A DNA stretch of 64,000 nt from Selaginella moellendorffii. Taxonomy: Eukaryota > Plantae > Lycopodiophyta. The notes below the pieces were generated by a model, which was not told the DNA's origin, did no database searches, and saw only the letters and a list, made by a program, of their open reading frames with translations. Below, in pieces: positions 13,022 through 24,887 of this stretch; position 1 is the first letter of the stretch, and each line of letters opens with the position of its first letter. The stretch spans positions 557,035 through 621,034 of the forward strand of contig NW_003314263.1 of the NCBI RefSeq assembly GCF_000143415.4. The letters are read 5' to 3'. The position numbers and the translations under genes were made by a program.

Positions 13022-13929
13022 GAATGCACCTCGGTATCCAAACCTTCCACCGCAGCAGCACCAACGGGACGTTGCTGACGCCAAGGTCTCCACCCAGGAA
13101 ATGGAGGTCGCCAATCCGGAAAGCGCCAACAACGCCGATAAGTATGACCAACTTCATGACACACCCAGCAACGAACGTCACGGCCACGACCACGTGCTCG
13201 CCCTTGTCCTTGGACTCAAGTAGCAGCAGCATCAACCTCCATGGGAACAGGACCATCACTCATAGGAAGTGGAGCTGAAGGACGTGTAGCAAGAAGTGGA
13301 AGAGGCGACGTCTCATAACATTGTGCCAAGCGAAGAGCATCGTCAAGAGTGGCAGGAGCAAGTGCATGCACAAGTCCGACAAGATCTTGACGAAGTGCTG
13401 GCCACAACATTCCTAGCTTGATCCGCTCTAACATATTTGGCTCCGCACGAAGCAAAAGACTTCGGAAACGAACGCCAAATTGCATCACCGACTCAGATGG
13501 CCCTTGGTGAAGACGATGCAATTGTTGGAAGGCATCATCACAATCGTCGGCGTGTCCGAAGGCGCGTTTGAAGACGTCCAGAAGAACACTCCAATCGCCA
13601 CGAGTAGCTGCACTCAATCCATTGTACCACTGCAATGCCGTCCCTTGGAGACATGTGGGGAACTCACGCAAACGTCGAGCATCATCCCAAGAATGATATG
13701 TGGCAATCACCGTGAAGTGATCGAACCAATGGTACACATCATCCCCAGGATTCCCACGAAAGAACTCCGGCCGAACGCGAGGATTGGCACCAAAAGCAGG
13801 AGGAGTTGTACCATGTGCCGTGAACGCCGCCATCAACTGAGTTTGGTTGTTCAATTGCAAGCGCATAGCATCAAGCAATTGAACCAACTGCTGCTCTAGA
13901 GTCAAAGGAGGAGATTGCGGATCGGCCAT
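12997..13929 (-). CDS. Gag of A1 with in-frame premature TGA at 13218-13216 upstream of the zinc knuckle
   Basis: Retrotrans_gag-like region and PVPMEVD; after the TGA the frame continues into CWVCHEVGHTYRRC; copy A2 has CGA at this position. Confidence 0.9.
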
Positions 13930-14145
13930 GAAAATGAATGAAAAAGAAAGAGCAAAAGAAGAGAAATGACAAAAAGCTGGAAAGAAATGGTAGATCTAGA
14001 CAATGCAAAAAGCTAGATCTAAACCAAAATCCTGAAAGGAAAGAACAAAAGAAAGGAAATGGAAAAAGCTAGATCTAGACAATGCAAAAGCTAGATCTAA
14101 ATTGAAATCCCAAATCCAAGCACTCCCCAGGGACAATCAAAGGTG

Positions 14146-14161
14146 CCCCTCACCTCCACCA
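14146..14161 (-). other. Primer-binding site of A1, tRNA-Ala-like
   Basis: TGGTGGAG.. is complementary to the tRNA-Ala 3' end ..CUCCACCA and lies next to the 5' LTR. Confidence 0.65.
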
Positions 14162-15243
14162 ATGTGAGTGCATGGAATATGGAAAGGGAATATAGAAATG
14201 TGCATATCAATTAGCCCAAAAACCCTAGCTTATATACAGGAGCGAGTGGTCTGGATTGAAACCAATCCGACGGCTACCAAAATCCACTACGCTAATATTA
14301 GTATACGGCATCGTAGCCGTACACTTGGCCCTCACAGTATGATATTTTTAAAATTAAAAAACATATTCTAGAATTCTATAACTGTATTATTATATTTATA
14401 ACTCATTATAGACACAGTTCTTTTCAAACATAATTGCAATTGTTAAGCTTAAAGAGGATAAATTTTCAAACATAATTGCAATTGTTAAGCTTAAAGAGGA
14501 TAAATTTGTTTAAGCCCTCTAAGTTTAATGAAGAATCTAAGATTTTCAGATTTTTAAGACTTGAGATTTAAAATAAAAGAACTTTAGAGATGGTTTTAAA
14601 AACATATACTTCTAATTATTTTTATTTTATGCAAAATCAACAGTTTTAGTAACCTTTACAATAACTCACTCACAATTATTCTAAGTTTGAGCAAGCATTA
14701 AAACTCACCCACAGGTCAGGAATTTCAATAAGAGCGTAGGCAAATATCCAGATTGCTTCCATACTGTGAGGTAATAGCAAGAAATACTTTCACAGATAGT
14801 GAGATAATTACTGGGGTATTTTTTCCTCAAGATCAGGATCATGCTGGGTTTAATTTGATGACTTTGGGCTGATACTCTTAACAGGAGGCTCTCGTATTCG
14901 AGATCACAAGTTACTGCAAAAATCAAGCAAAAATCAAAGGCCAATAAAGTGTTCCAAGAATTTCTGGATGAGACGATTGCCACCAGCAGGGCTTGAGCTT
15001 TGCTGTTGGATACGATCACCGTGAAGAATGGGCTAAGCTTCAGGCTCATGGAAGGACCAAAGTCAAATCAATCGATTTTTTAAAGTTTAAGCCTGTTACC
15101 TTCAGCCTTCTCCTCTGCCTTCTCGGAAATTCACGTAGGTGGAGCCACCTTGAACACGCTCTTTATGTTATAAAAAGCGACCCTTCATTCGATCAAACCT
15201 CATTCCATTCGCATTTCCAATTTTCCTTGTCAATTTTCCAGCC

Positions 15244-15980
15244 ATGGCTTCTCGCGATCAAGAGGTGACACTGCTCAGCGCTTGGCCCAGCCCCTATTCC
15301 ATGCGAGTCAAGCTTGCACTAGCGCTCAAAGGCATCGAGCACGAAGATCTCCCCCAAGACCTTGGCAACAAGAGCAAGATCCTGCTCGAATCCAACCCAG
15401 TTCACAAGAAGATCCCCGTTCTCATCCACAAGGGCAAGCCCATCCTGGAATCGGCCATCATTGTCCACTACATCGACGAGGTCTGGCCCGAAACAAGCCC
15501 ACTCTTGCCTCAGGACGCATTCCTTCGCGCACAGCACCGCTTCTGGAGCGATTTCATCGACAAAAAGGTATGGATTCTCTTACTAGAAATCTGCTGCTAC
15601 GGGTTTCATACTCTTCTTGCTTATCGATCACACAGCTTTCCGACTCCTGGATACGATTCTTGCGTAGTAACGATGACGCGGCCGTGAACGAGGAGTTCAA
15701 CCAAAACTGTTTGCTTATCGAGGGAGCTCTGGCGGAGCTGGGCAGTGAGGAAGAGGGCCCCTTCTTTGGTGGCGCGAGCATGTCGTTCTTGGATGTGCTG
15801 CTGGCACCCTATGCGGTGTGGATCCCAGGAGTTGAGCAAGTAATGGGCTTGAAGCCCGCGAAATGCCCGCGTTTCCACAAGCTCTTGGCGGCCGCGGCGG
15901 AGCATCCCTCGGCCAAAGTGGCGCTGCCGCAAGTCGAGAAGCTCAAGGAGTTTATTCGCGTTCGCTTTGCGAGCAAGTGA
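15244..15980 (+). CDS. GSTU: Glutathione S-transferase, tau class (copy 1), 2 exons
   Basis: WPSPYSMR catalytic Ser, SNPVHKKIPVL, ILES, FWSDFIDKK followed by the canonical intron, GPFFGG. Confidence 0.96.
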
Positions 15981-16089
15981 GCGATGACTGTTTACAAATC
16001 TAATAAATCTTTTGCCCGACTGTCCTGGAAGAAGATTGGAGTCAAGACGTTAGTGTCCTCCTTGCAGATTGTGCTAGTCCTTGAGTTAC

Positions 16090-16176
16090 AGAATCCCAGT
16101 GATCGCCGGAGAAGAGGAGCTGGTCTTGCCTGAGCACGCCAGTGAGCAACGCCAAGACATCCTGGATTTCTTCCAC
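16090..16176 (-). repeat. Captured fragment of ATG11 exon 1 (also at 54652-54739 and about 55001-55032)
   Basis: Matches about 8248-8357 with an internal deletion and few substitutions. Confidence 0.9.
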
Positions 16177-19100
16177 TTCCCCACTTGCCAATTAAATTAA
16201 AAAAACATATTCTAGAATTCTATAACTGTATTATTATATTTATAACTCATTATACACACAGTTCCTTTCAAATATAATTGCAATTGTTAAGCTTAAAGAG
16301 GATGAATTTGTTTAAGCCCTCTAAGTTTAATGAGGAATTTAAAATTTTCAGATTTTTAATACTTGAAATTAAAAATAAAAGTGTGAGTGCTTGGATTATA
16401 GAAAGGGAATACAGAAAATGTGCATATCAATTAGTCCAAAAACCCTAGTTTATATATAGGAGCAAGTGGTCCGGATTGAAAACAATCCGACAGCTATTAA
16501 AATCCCACTACACTAATATTAATATATAGCATCGTATCTGTACACTTAGCCCTCACATCATCTCCTTTTATTGGAATAATGGGTTTTCTTGTAGACGGGC
16601 CGGGATCTAGAGGAACATAAGGAGGAGGCATTAACGGATCTGTAGGTGGTATTAATTATTCTTGATCCCTTTGTATGAAGCATTTCAATTGCTACACATG
16701 CACAATCTCTAGAGGATTGGCCTGCTGGACGTCATACCGAACCTCATAAACTTGTGGTCTAACTTGCCACAACACCCGATACAGTCCTTTCTATTGCACA
16801 AGGAGCCCCTTAGATAAACCACGTACCGTAAGATAGGGAAAATGGACTAACACCAAATCATCCACTTTGTATTTTGCAGGTGGACGATGATGGGAATTGT
16901 AACGTCGTTGTTATCCCACTTGTACGCAGTCTAAATGTTTGGCAGACTCTGCTCGGATAAGTGGAAGAATGCTCCTCAAATACTGATCCCACGACCTAGC
17001 ATCGGTAGCTCGTGGCAATCGCGAAGGTAAATCCAACTCCATTGCTAATATTGGATCATGACTATATAGGAGTTTATATAGTGAAGCACCAACAAAACTC
17101 TGCACCCCTATGACATATGCATACCGAAGAGACGGCAAATAACCATCTTAATCCAAATGTTGAAAGTTCACATACTTCACAATCATCCCTTTGAATGTCC
17201 AAACGAGTCGTTTCACCAGATCGTCTGATTGTAGATGATAAACACTCATGAAAGTGATCATTATCAGAAAGAATTTGCTCTAGACAAGAATGCTGGAACA
17301 CCACTCGATTAAAGAGGAAGTATCCAACAGTAGTTGTAGAGGCACTAGTAAGAGCACCAACTTCCACTCAACGAGTCAAGTAGTCAGAAACAATAATAAC
17401 ATATTCATTGCCAGCAGTTGACCATGGAAAAAGTCCCATAAGATCAAACGCCAGCAACTCAAATGGACGGGAAACTGCAATTGACTCCAACCATCCTTCT
17501 GTAACACAGTATTATGAGCTTAGTACCAAACGCAGTTACGCACATACCGGATAATATCATGTCGCATCTTCGACCAATAGAAAGACCTGTGGAGCTTCTC
17601 GGTTACACGACGATGTCCTATATGCCCACCTAGAATAAGAGAATCATGGTAGGCATGGAGAAACTATGAAATAAAGAAAGAAGGCACCACCAGCCGTAAA
17701 TGATCATCAAGATTCGTCCCCACAAAATAAAGAAGGCCATCTTCAAGGTGATATTGACAATGTAAATGCCGGAAAGGCAAGTCATCAGCAAGTGATACAA
17801 GATTCTCAAACCCATCTCGAAGCCTTCGAATCCACAGTTCAATCTTTTGAGCCTCGCGAATCTCATCAAGAGAAGGTAGATCTTGCTCTGCACCTTATGG
17901 ACACTAAACGTCAAGTACATCAACTGCCGATGGCACAGAATCCTCGTCTAAAAAATCCACAAATGCTGGAATAATAGACTCGTCAGAAACATGAGAAGAC
18001 AGTGGAGAAGGAAAAAGAACTTGAGAAAGGGCATCAACATCAGCTATAGAACTCCCTAGGCAATGAACAACATCAAAATCATATATCTGAAGCTTTAAAG
18101 CCCACCGAGCAGTACGACCAATAATGTTCTTTCGCTTCAATAATGAAGTAATGACAGCATGGTCACCTTCAAATAACGTTCAAGAACCATGTAGATAAGC
18201 TTGAAGTTTCTCGAAACCCTAGACTACTGCTAAACACTCATTCTTTGTCATAAAGTAGTTCACCTTCGCTAGTTGCAATGTACGGTTTATATACACAATG
18301 GAATGGTGCTGACCAGGCACACTCAGGCTCTCTTGCATCAACACACCTCCAAGACCAATATTGGAAGCATCCACGTGCAAAATAAAAGGTCGAGTGTAGT
18401 CAGGATATGCCAAAACCGGAGGAGTTGTCAATAGCTTTTTGAGATCCATGAACGCTTGCTCACAATCCAAAGACCAAATGAAAGATGATGTTGATGACTT
18501 TAGTAATACTCACAACGGTGCACTGCGATCAGAAAGATGATCCACAAAACAACCGAGATACTGCACCTTGCCCAAGAAGCACTGCACATCATTCACACAC
18601 TTCGGAGTAGGGAACTTTAGAATACCTACAAATTTGTCATTATCAACTTGCAAACCCTCACAAGAAATACAGTACCCAAAATAAGTTGTGTCCTTGGACC
18701 CAAACACACACTTCGACTGCTTTAGCTTTAAACCAACGTCGTGTAGCCGATCCAACACTTTACAAACATCATGAACGTGCTCCTCCCACGTCCCCTCCGA
18801 GTGGATCAAGACATCATCAATGAAGTCAGCAGTCACTTCTGGCATATTGCAAAGAACATCGTCCATCATCTGCTAGAAGTTGCTGGAGCATTATTCAAAC
18901 TAAACGGCATCACTAAGAACTCGTATAAATCAAATGGTGTACGAAAAGTAGTCTTAGGAATATCTTCTTCAGCCATCGGTACTTGCCAGTACCTAGAAGC
19001 AAGATTTAGCTTGGTGAACCGACTTCACCCCAGATGATCCAAGAGATCAGCAATGTGAGGAAGAGGGTACACATCTGAGATCGTCACCTCGTTTAACGGA

Positions 19101-19997
19101 CGATAGTCGATGCAGAAACAAATACTCCCATCAGGCTTCATCACAAGATGAGGTTCACATGCCTAAGGATTCCATGACTTCCGAATAACACCTTTCTCTA
19201 ACATCTCCTTGACGTTTGCACATAAAATCTTGATCTTCTTGGGTGACCAATGACAAATAGGAACCTTGATTGGACGAACATCCCCGGTTGGAATCAAATG
19301 ATATGTGGCAATCTTGGCCCCAGACGATAGGTCAAATTCAAAGAGATCAGAATACTCCTTCATGAGCCGGTCAACCACTACAACACAAAGATTGTCAGAG
19401 GGATCAGAAAAGAGAAGAGTAGAACAAGATAGAAATATAGGAGGAAATAATGGGGGAACAAAAGTAATGGAAGCAAAGGTAGAAGTAGAGGGACGAAGAG
19501 GTATGGAAGTGAGAGAAATGGATGAAACATAAGGAAGTATGAAACAAGGGGAGAAGCCTCAAAGTCACACTTGGCATGATTGCACTGTAACCAATCAATA
19601 CGAAGAATGAGGTCAAAAGCTTGACTTAGCACCACCCGCAATGACTGCAACTCAAGCTCGAGATCACCCACATGCACAACTAGGTCCGCCTCATCCTGTG
19701 CACATGCATGTGTACGGCTGTTGCCATAAAGAATGAAAACTGGTTCTGCCGACGACGCTAGTGTAGAGGGCAACATGTGGCAATAAGTCGAGCAATAGAA
19801 GATAAACTCAAATCTGTATCAACCAACATGGAGAAAATAATAGGAGACCTTTTGTTATAAAAACAAGCTTGGAAAGTAAACACTGGATGAACTGGTGCCA
19901 AGTGAACCCCTTAATGATGCTCCCAAAAGAAAGATGAAGGGGTCACTAATTTATTTGTGCAAGGTCCTTCCATTACTTGCGTGACTCCTCATTTCCC

Positions 19998-22900
19998 AGA
20001 TGCATCTCGGTGTCCAAACCTTCCATTGCAACAGCACCAATGGGACGTTGCTGACGCCAAGGTTGTAAGAGACTAAATTTTCCATTCTACTTTAGTCATT
20101 TAACCACACCTCCAACCACTTGGAGGAGTCTCATTCACAACCTCCATAAGTCCAATTCAGGACTTGGGACTTGCTAGCCCCGAGAATGGCATCCATGCCA
20201 TTCAACATTTGTACTTGGTCCCAGTGCTCCACGTGTCCGATCCCATGACCGACACTCAAAGGTGACACCGACATGGCAGCTTGTTACGCTAAGGCCATGC
20301 CCAATCACCTTTGCCACACTGGTGGTCCAATACCACTTGCATCACAGTCTTGGCTATCCAAGACTAGGCAAACCATCTGTGAGTGGTCATCTCATATCCA
20401 CTCCTTAACATCCTTAGGATGCCCACCGACAAGGGGAATAGCCTTCTCCAATATCCCTCTGTCAGTCCCCACTAAGTCCCTTTCTGCCCTTGGCCGTGTT
20501 TGCCAACACTGCCACTGGATCAAGGCCCACAGGCCCGACCACTAAGTCCCACGGTCCTCTGAGACTTCCTCACCACACAACTGTGTCCTTGGTCACTGCC
20601 CCAGAGGACTGCTCCTCTTCCTTTCCACAGTCTGAGCCTTTGGGACAACATTTCGGAACACCGGGGCCTTACGCGAGCCACCTGGGTACTCTCCTCACCT
20701 TCCGCCCTTGGGTGCTCTAGCCATAGGCTTAGAGCGAGGTTCCATTGAGCCACGCCTGGTATCCAAGTAGGTAGTGCCACCCACACTTGGACTGGGAGCA
20801 TCGGCCAGTCGATCTCCCGGGGGAACTAGAGCCGGCTCTTGAACACTTCACCAAGCTACCCAGCTTGTCGGTCCGTGTTCACTCTAGTCTTGGACTTCCC
20901 AGTGGTCAGCTCATCACCCAACACTGGGTATGGCCTTCCTGGGCCAAACTAGCCTTTCCTGGGCCAAACTGGCTCCACTGGGCTCCAACCCCCACACTCT
21001 CCCTACTATACTTTTGGAACCCCCCACAGCCCCCCCCCAGATGCATCTCGGTGTCCAAACCTTCCATTGCAACAGCACCAATGGGACGTTGCTGACGCCA
21101 AGGTTGTAAGCGACTAAATTTTCCATTCTACTTTAGTCATTTAACCACACCTCCAACCACTTGGAGGAGTCTCATTCACAACCTCCATAAGTCCAATTCA
21201 GGACTTGGGACTTGCTAGCCCCGAGAATGGCATCCATGCCATTCAACATTTGTACTTGGTCCCAGTGCTCCACGTGTCCGATCCCATGACCGACACTCAA
21301 AGGTGACACCGACATGGCAGCTTGTTACGCTAAGGCCATGCCCAATCACCTTTGCCACACTGGTGGTCCAATACCACTTGCATCACAGTCTTGGCTATCC
21401 AAGACTAGGCAAACCATCTGTGAGTGGTCATCTCATATCCACTCCTTAACATCCTTAGGATGCCCACCGACAAGGGGAATAGCCTTCTCCAATATCCCTC
21501 TGTCAGTCCCCACTAAGTCCCTTTCTGCCCTTGGCCGTGTTTGCCAACACTGCCACTGGATCAAGGCCCACAGGCCCGACCACTAAGTCCCACGGTCCTC
21601 TGAGACTTCCTCACCACACAACTGTGTCCTTGGTCACTGCCCCAGAGGACTGCTCCTCTTCCTTTCCACAGTCTGAGCCTTTGGGACAACATTTCGGAAC
21701 ACCGGGGCCTTACGCGAGCCACCTGGGTACTCTCCTCACCTTCCGCCCTTGGGTGCTCTAGCCATGGGCTTAGAGCGAGGTTCCATTGAGCCACGCCTGG
21801 TATCCAAGTAGGTAGTGCCACCCACACTTGGACTGGGAGCATCGGCCAGTCGATCTCCCGGGGGAACTAGAGCCGGCTCTTGAACACTTCACCAAGCTAC
21901 CCAGCTTGTCGGTCCGTGTTCACTCTAGTCTTGGACTTCCCAGTGGTCAGCTCATCACCCAACACTGGGTATGGCCTTCCTGGGCCAAACTAGCCTTTCC
22001 TGGGCCAAACTGGCTCCACTGGGCTCCAAGCCCCACACTCTCCCTACTATACTTTTGGAACCCCCCACAGCCCCCCCCCAGATGCATCTCGGTGTCCAAA
22101 CCTTCCATTGCAACAGCACCAATGGGACGTTGCTGACGCCAAGGTTGTAAGCGACTAAATTTTCCATTCTACTTTAGTCATTTAACCACACCTCCAACCA
22201 CTTGGAGGAGTCTCATTCACAACCTCCATAAGTCCAATTCAGGACTTGGGACTTGCTAGCCCCGAGAATGGCATCCATGCCATTCAACATTTGTACTTGG
22301 TCCCAGTGCTCCACGTGTCCGATCCCATGACCGACACTCAAAGGTGACACCGACATGGCAGCTTGTTACGCTAAGGCCATGCCCAATCACCTTTGCCACA
22401 CTGGTGGTCCAATACCACTTGCATCACAGTCTTGGCTATCCAAGACTAGGCAAACCATCTGTGAGTGGTCATCTCATATCCACTCCTTAACATCCTTAGG
22501 ATGCCCACCGACAAGGGGAATAGCCTTCTCCAATATCCCTCTGTCAGTCCCCACTAAGTCCCTTTCTGCCCTTGGCCGTGTTTGCCAACACTGCCACTGG
22601 ATCAAGGCCCACAGGCCCGACCACTAAGTCCCACGGTCCTCTGAGACTTCCTCACCACACAACTGTGTCCTTGGTCACTGCCCCAGAGGACTGCTCCTCT
22701 TCCTTTCCACAGTCTGAGCCTTTGGGACAACATTTCGGAACACCGGGGCCTTACGCGAGCCACCTGGGTACTCTCCTCACCTTCCGCCCTTGGGTGCTCT
22801 AGCCATGGGCTTAGAGCGAGGTTCCATTGAGCCACGCCTGGTATCCAAGTAGGTAGTGCCACCCACACTTGGACTGGGAGCATCGGCCAGTCGATCTCCC

Positions 22901-23120
22901 GGGGGAACTAGAGCCGGCTCTTGAACACTTCACCAAGCTACCCAGCTTGTCGGTCCGTGTTCACTCTAGTCTTGGACTTCCCAGTGGTCAGCTCATCACC
23001 CAACACTGGGTATGGCCTTCCTGGGCCAAACTAGCCTTTCCTGGGCCAAACTGGCTCCACTGGGCTCCAACCCCCACACTCTCCCTACTATACTTTTGGA
23101 ACCCCCCACAGCCCCCCCCC
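19998..23120. repeat. Three tandem copies of a 1041-bp unit (about 65 bp of host A2 + about 975 bp of B LTR)
   Basis: LTR starts TGTAAG at 20064, 21105 and 22146; identical ORFs recur at +1041. Confidence 0.95.
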
Positions 23121-23179
23121 CCCCCCCCCCCCCTGGGGGACGATCGCTTTGGGCTTTCACCCAACTACCTGTATTAGTA

Positions 23180-23715
23180 TTCGGACTCGGACTCGGACTC
23201 AGTCCCGGTCCCGGTTTTGGACTCGGTCTCGGTCTCGGTCTCGGCTTCGGCCTCGGTCTCGGTCTCGGTCTCGGTCTCGGGTCCATCTCGGACTCCATCT
23301 TGGACTCCATCTCGGACTCCATCTCGGGTCCATCTCAGACTCCATCTCGGGTCCATCTCGGACTCCATCTCGGACTCCATCTCGGGTCCATCTCGGACTC
23401 CATCTCGGACTCCATCTCGGACTCCATCTCGGGTCCATCTCGGACTCCATCTCGGACTCCATCTCGGGTCCATCTCGGACTCCATCTCGGGTCCATCTCG
23501 GACTCCATCTCGGGTCCATCCCGGACTCCAACTCGGACTCCACTTCGGACTCCAACTCGGACTCCACTTCGGACTCCAACTTGGACTCCACTTCGGACTC
23601 CAACTCGGACTCCACTTCGGACTCCAACTCGAACTCCACCTCGGACTCCACCTCGGGTCCTTCTCGGACTCCAGTTCGGACTCCAACTCGGGTCCATCTC
23701 AGGTCCATCTCGGAC
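23180..23715. repeat. Hexamer/dodecamer array (CGGTCT)n, (GGACTCCATCTC)n inside the B LTR; related arrays at about 29175-29800, 51353-51725, 61270-61570, 63335-63610
   Basis: Direct reading. Confidence 0.95.
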
Positions 23716-24887
23716 ACTTCCACGTGTCATGTGTTGGTCCTTTTGGGTCCCTTTTTGGAGCCGCGCTTATTGCTCGCTTCGTGCTCATTCCTCGAGCACT
23801 TCGTTAGGAGTTCCACTCCCGCTCTCGACCTTTCAAGTCAGAGCTTTTGGCCCAAACGTGTTACACTTGTTTGGCTTTCGCTTTGGCCACTACCACGTGG
23901 CACCCTTCCGGCTCCACTTTGGGGCCTAGGGATTTTGTGTCTCACAACTCCACCACCCATAGACGAAGTTCGATGTCCTCATCGAACGGTAAACCATTTT
24001 ATAAAGTAACACCCGCATGTGTTACCATTTCCATCCTTGGCACCTAGCCAATATTTGTCAATGGTTTGACATTGAAGGCTCACCATGCCTTCTCCATATT
24101 CGTCAATAGTTTGACATTGAAGGCTCACCATGCCTTTTGCATATTCCTCAATGGTTTGACACCAAAGGCTCACCATGCCTTGCCCATCCTCTAAGGAGGG
24201 TAGTCTCTCCAACTTAGAGACTGATTGGACCACATGTAGTGATTCTCTCCTTTTATTGGTTTAGTTCTCGCTAAACCTCTTAGAGACCCTTCTCTAAGTC
24301 AATCCCACTACTCCTTCTCGAGTAGTCTCAATTTCCATCTATTGAACATTTGCACCTTGGAACTTTTACTCTTTTGACTTTTGGAAGTCAATTTCCTAGG
24401 TGTCTCCAACACCTTGCATTGCACAGATTGTGCAACTCCACTTCCCCATTCTAGGAAGTTCGTTACTTGAGGGCACCATCATCCTCTCTTCTATTTCGTG
24501 CCACCTTGGGCACTAAGTTCTATTTATCATACTTTGTGCTAAGGCTGTCCATGGCCCTATCATTTGGCTACCTTACCGCTCCCTCCCTTGGAGCTTCCAC
24601 TTTCGCCAAATTGGAGCAATTTGGAATCCATCCTTGGAAACACACTTCCTTTCCCGCAATTTGTTAGTGTCCAACACATTAGTGTTCCTCGCCTAACTTT
24701 GTCACTTGGATTCCTTCCAAGGGATTCCACGGCCCTATCTTGGCCACTCATCTTTTGCTCCTATCCATTGATTGTTGCACCAAGCAACATCGAATCTCTA
24801 CCTCCCTCCTTGAGGTATTCTTTTGATTCCATACCAAAGGCTCTGCTTTGCCAAGACTAGGGTGTTCACCCCTAGTAAGTCTCTTTA

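Larger units (their letters stand above)
9337..14336 (-). mobile_element. Young full-length Ty3/gypsy LTR retrotransposon (A1), 5.0 kb
   Basis: 174-bp TG..CA LTRs at 9337-9510 and 14163-14336 with 2 visible transitions; 4-bp TSD GTAT; PBS TGGTGGAGGTGAGGGG; PPT GAGAGGAGGGGA; order gag-PR-RT-RH-IN. Confidence 0.97.
14351..16190 (+). repeat. About 1.85-kb tandem duplication unit (GST plus flanks); unit 2 = 16195-16381 + 53153-54760; partial unit 3 = 54760-54985
   Basis: Near-identical AT-rich upstream region, GST and 3' flank in each unit. Confidence 0.9.

Noticed and set aside
13216-13218. Programmed stop read-through in gag, and likewise at 37454 in the transposase
   Set aside because: A2 has CGA at the gag position, so C>T decay is simpler; the same is assumed but unproven for the transposase
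20184-20203. Palindrome GAATGGCATCCATGCCATTC in B LTRs resembling the transposon motif
   Set aside because: Similar arms but much shorter spacing and one copy per LTR; not counted as the same site
23012-24009. Long ORFs in all frames (SDSIS/RTPS/LGLH repeats), also at 29-30 kb, 51-52 kb and 63 kb
   Set aside because: By-products of stop-poor hexamer arrays inside LTRs
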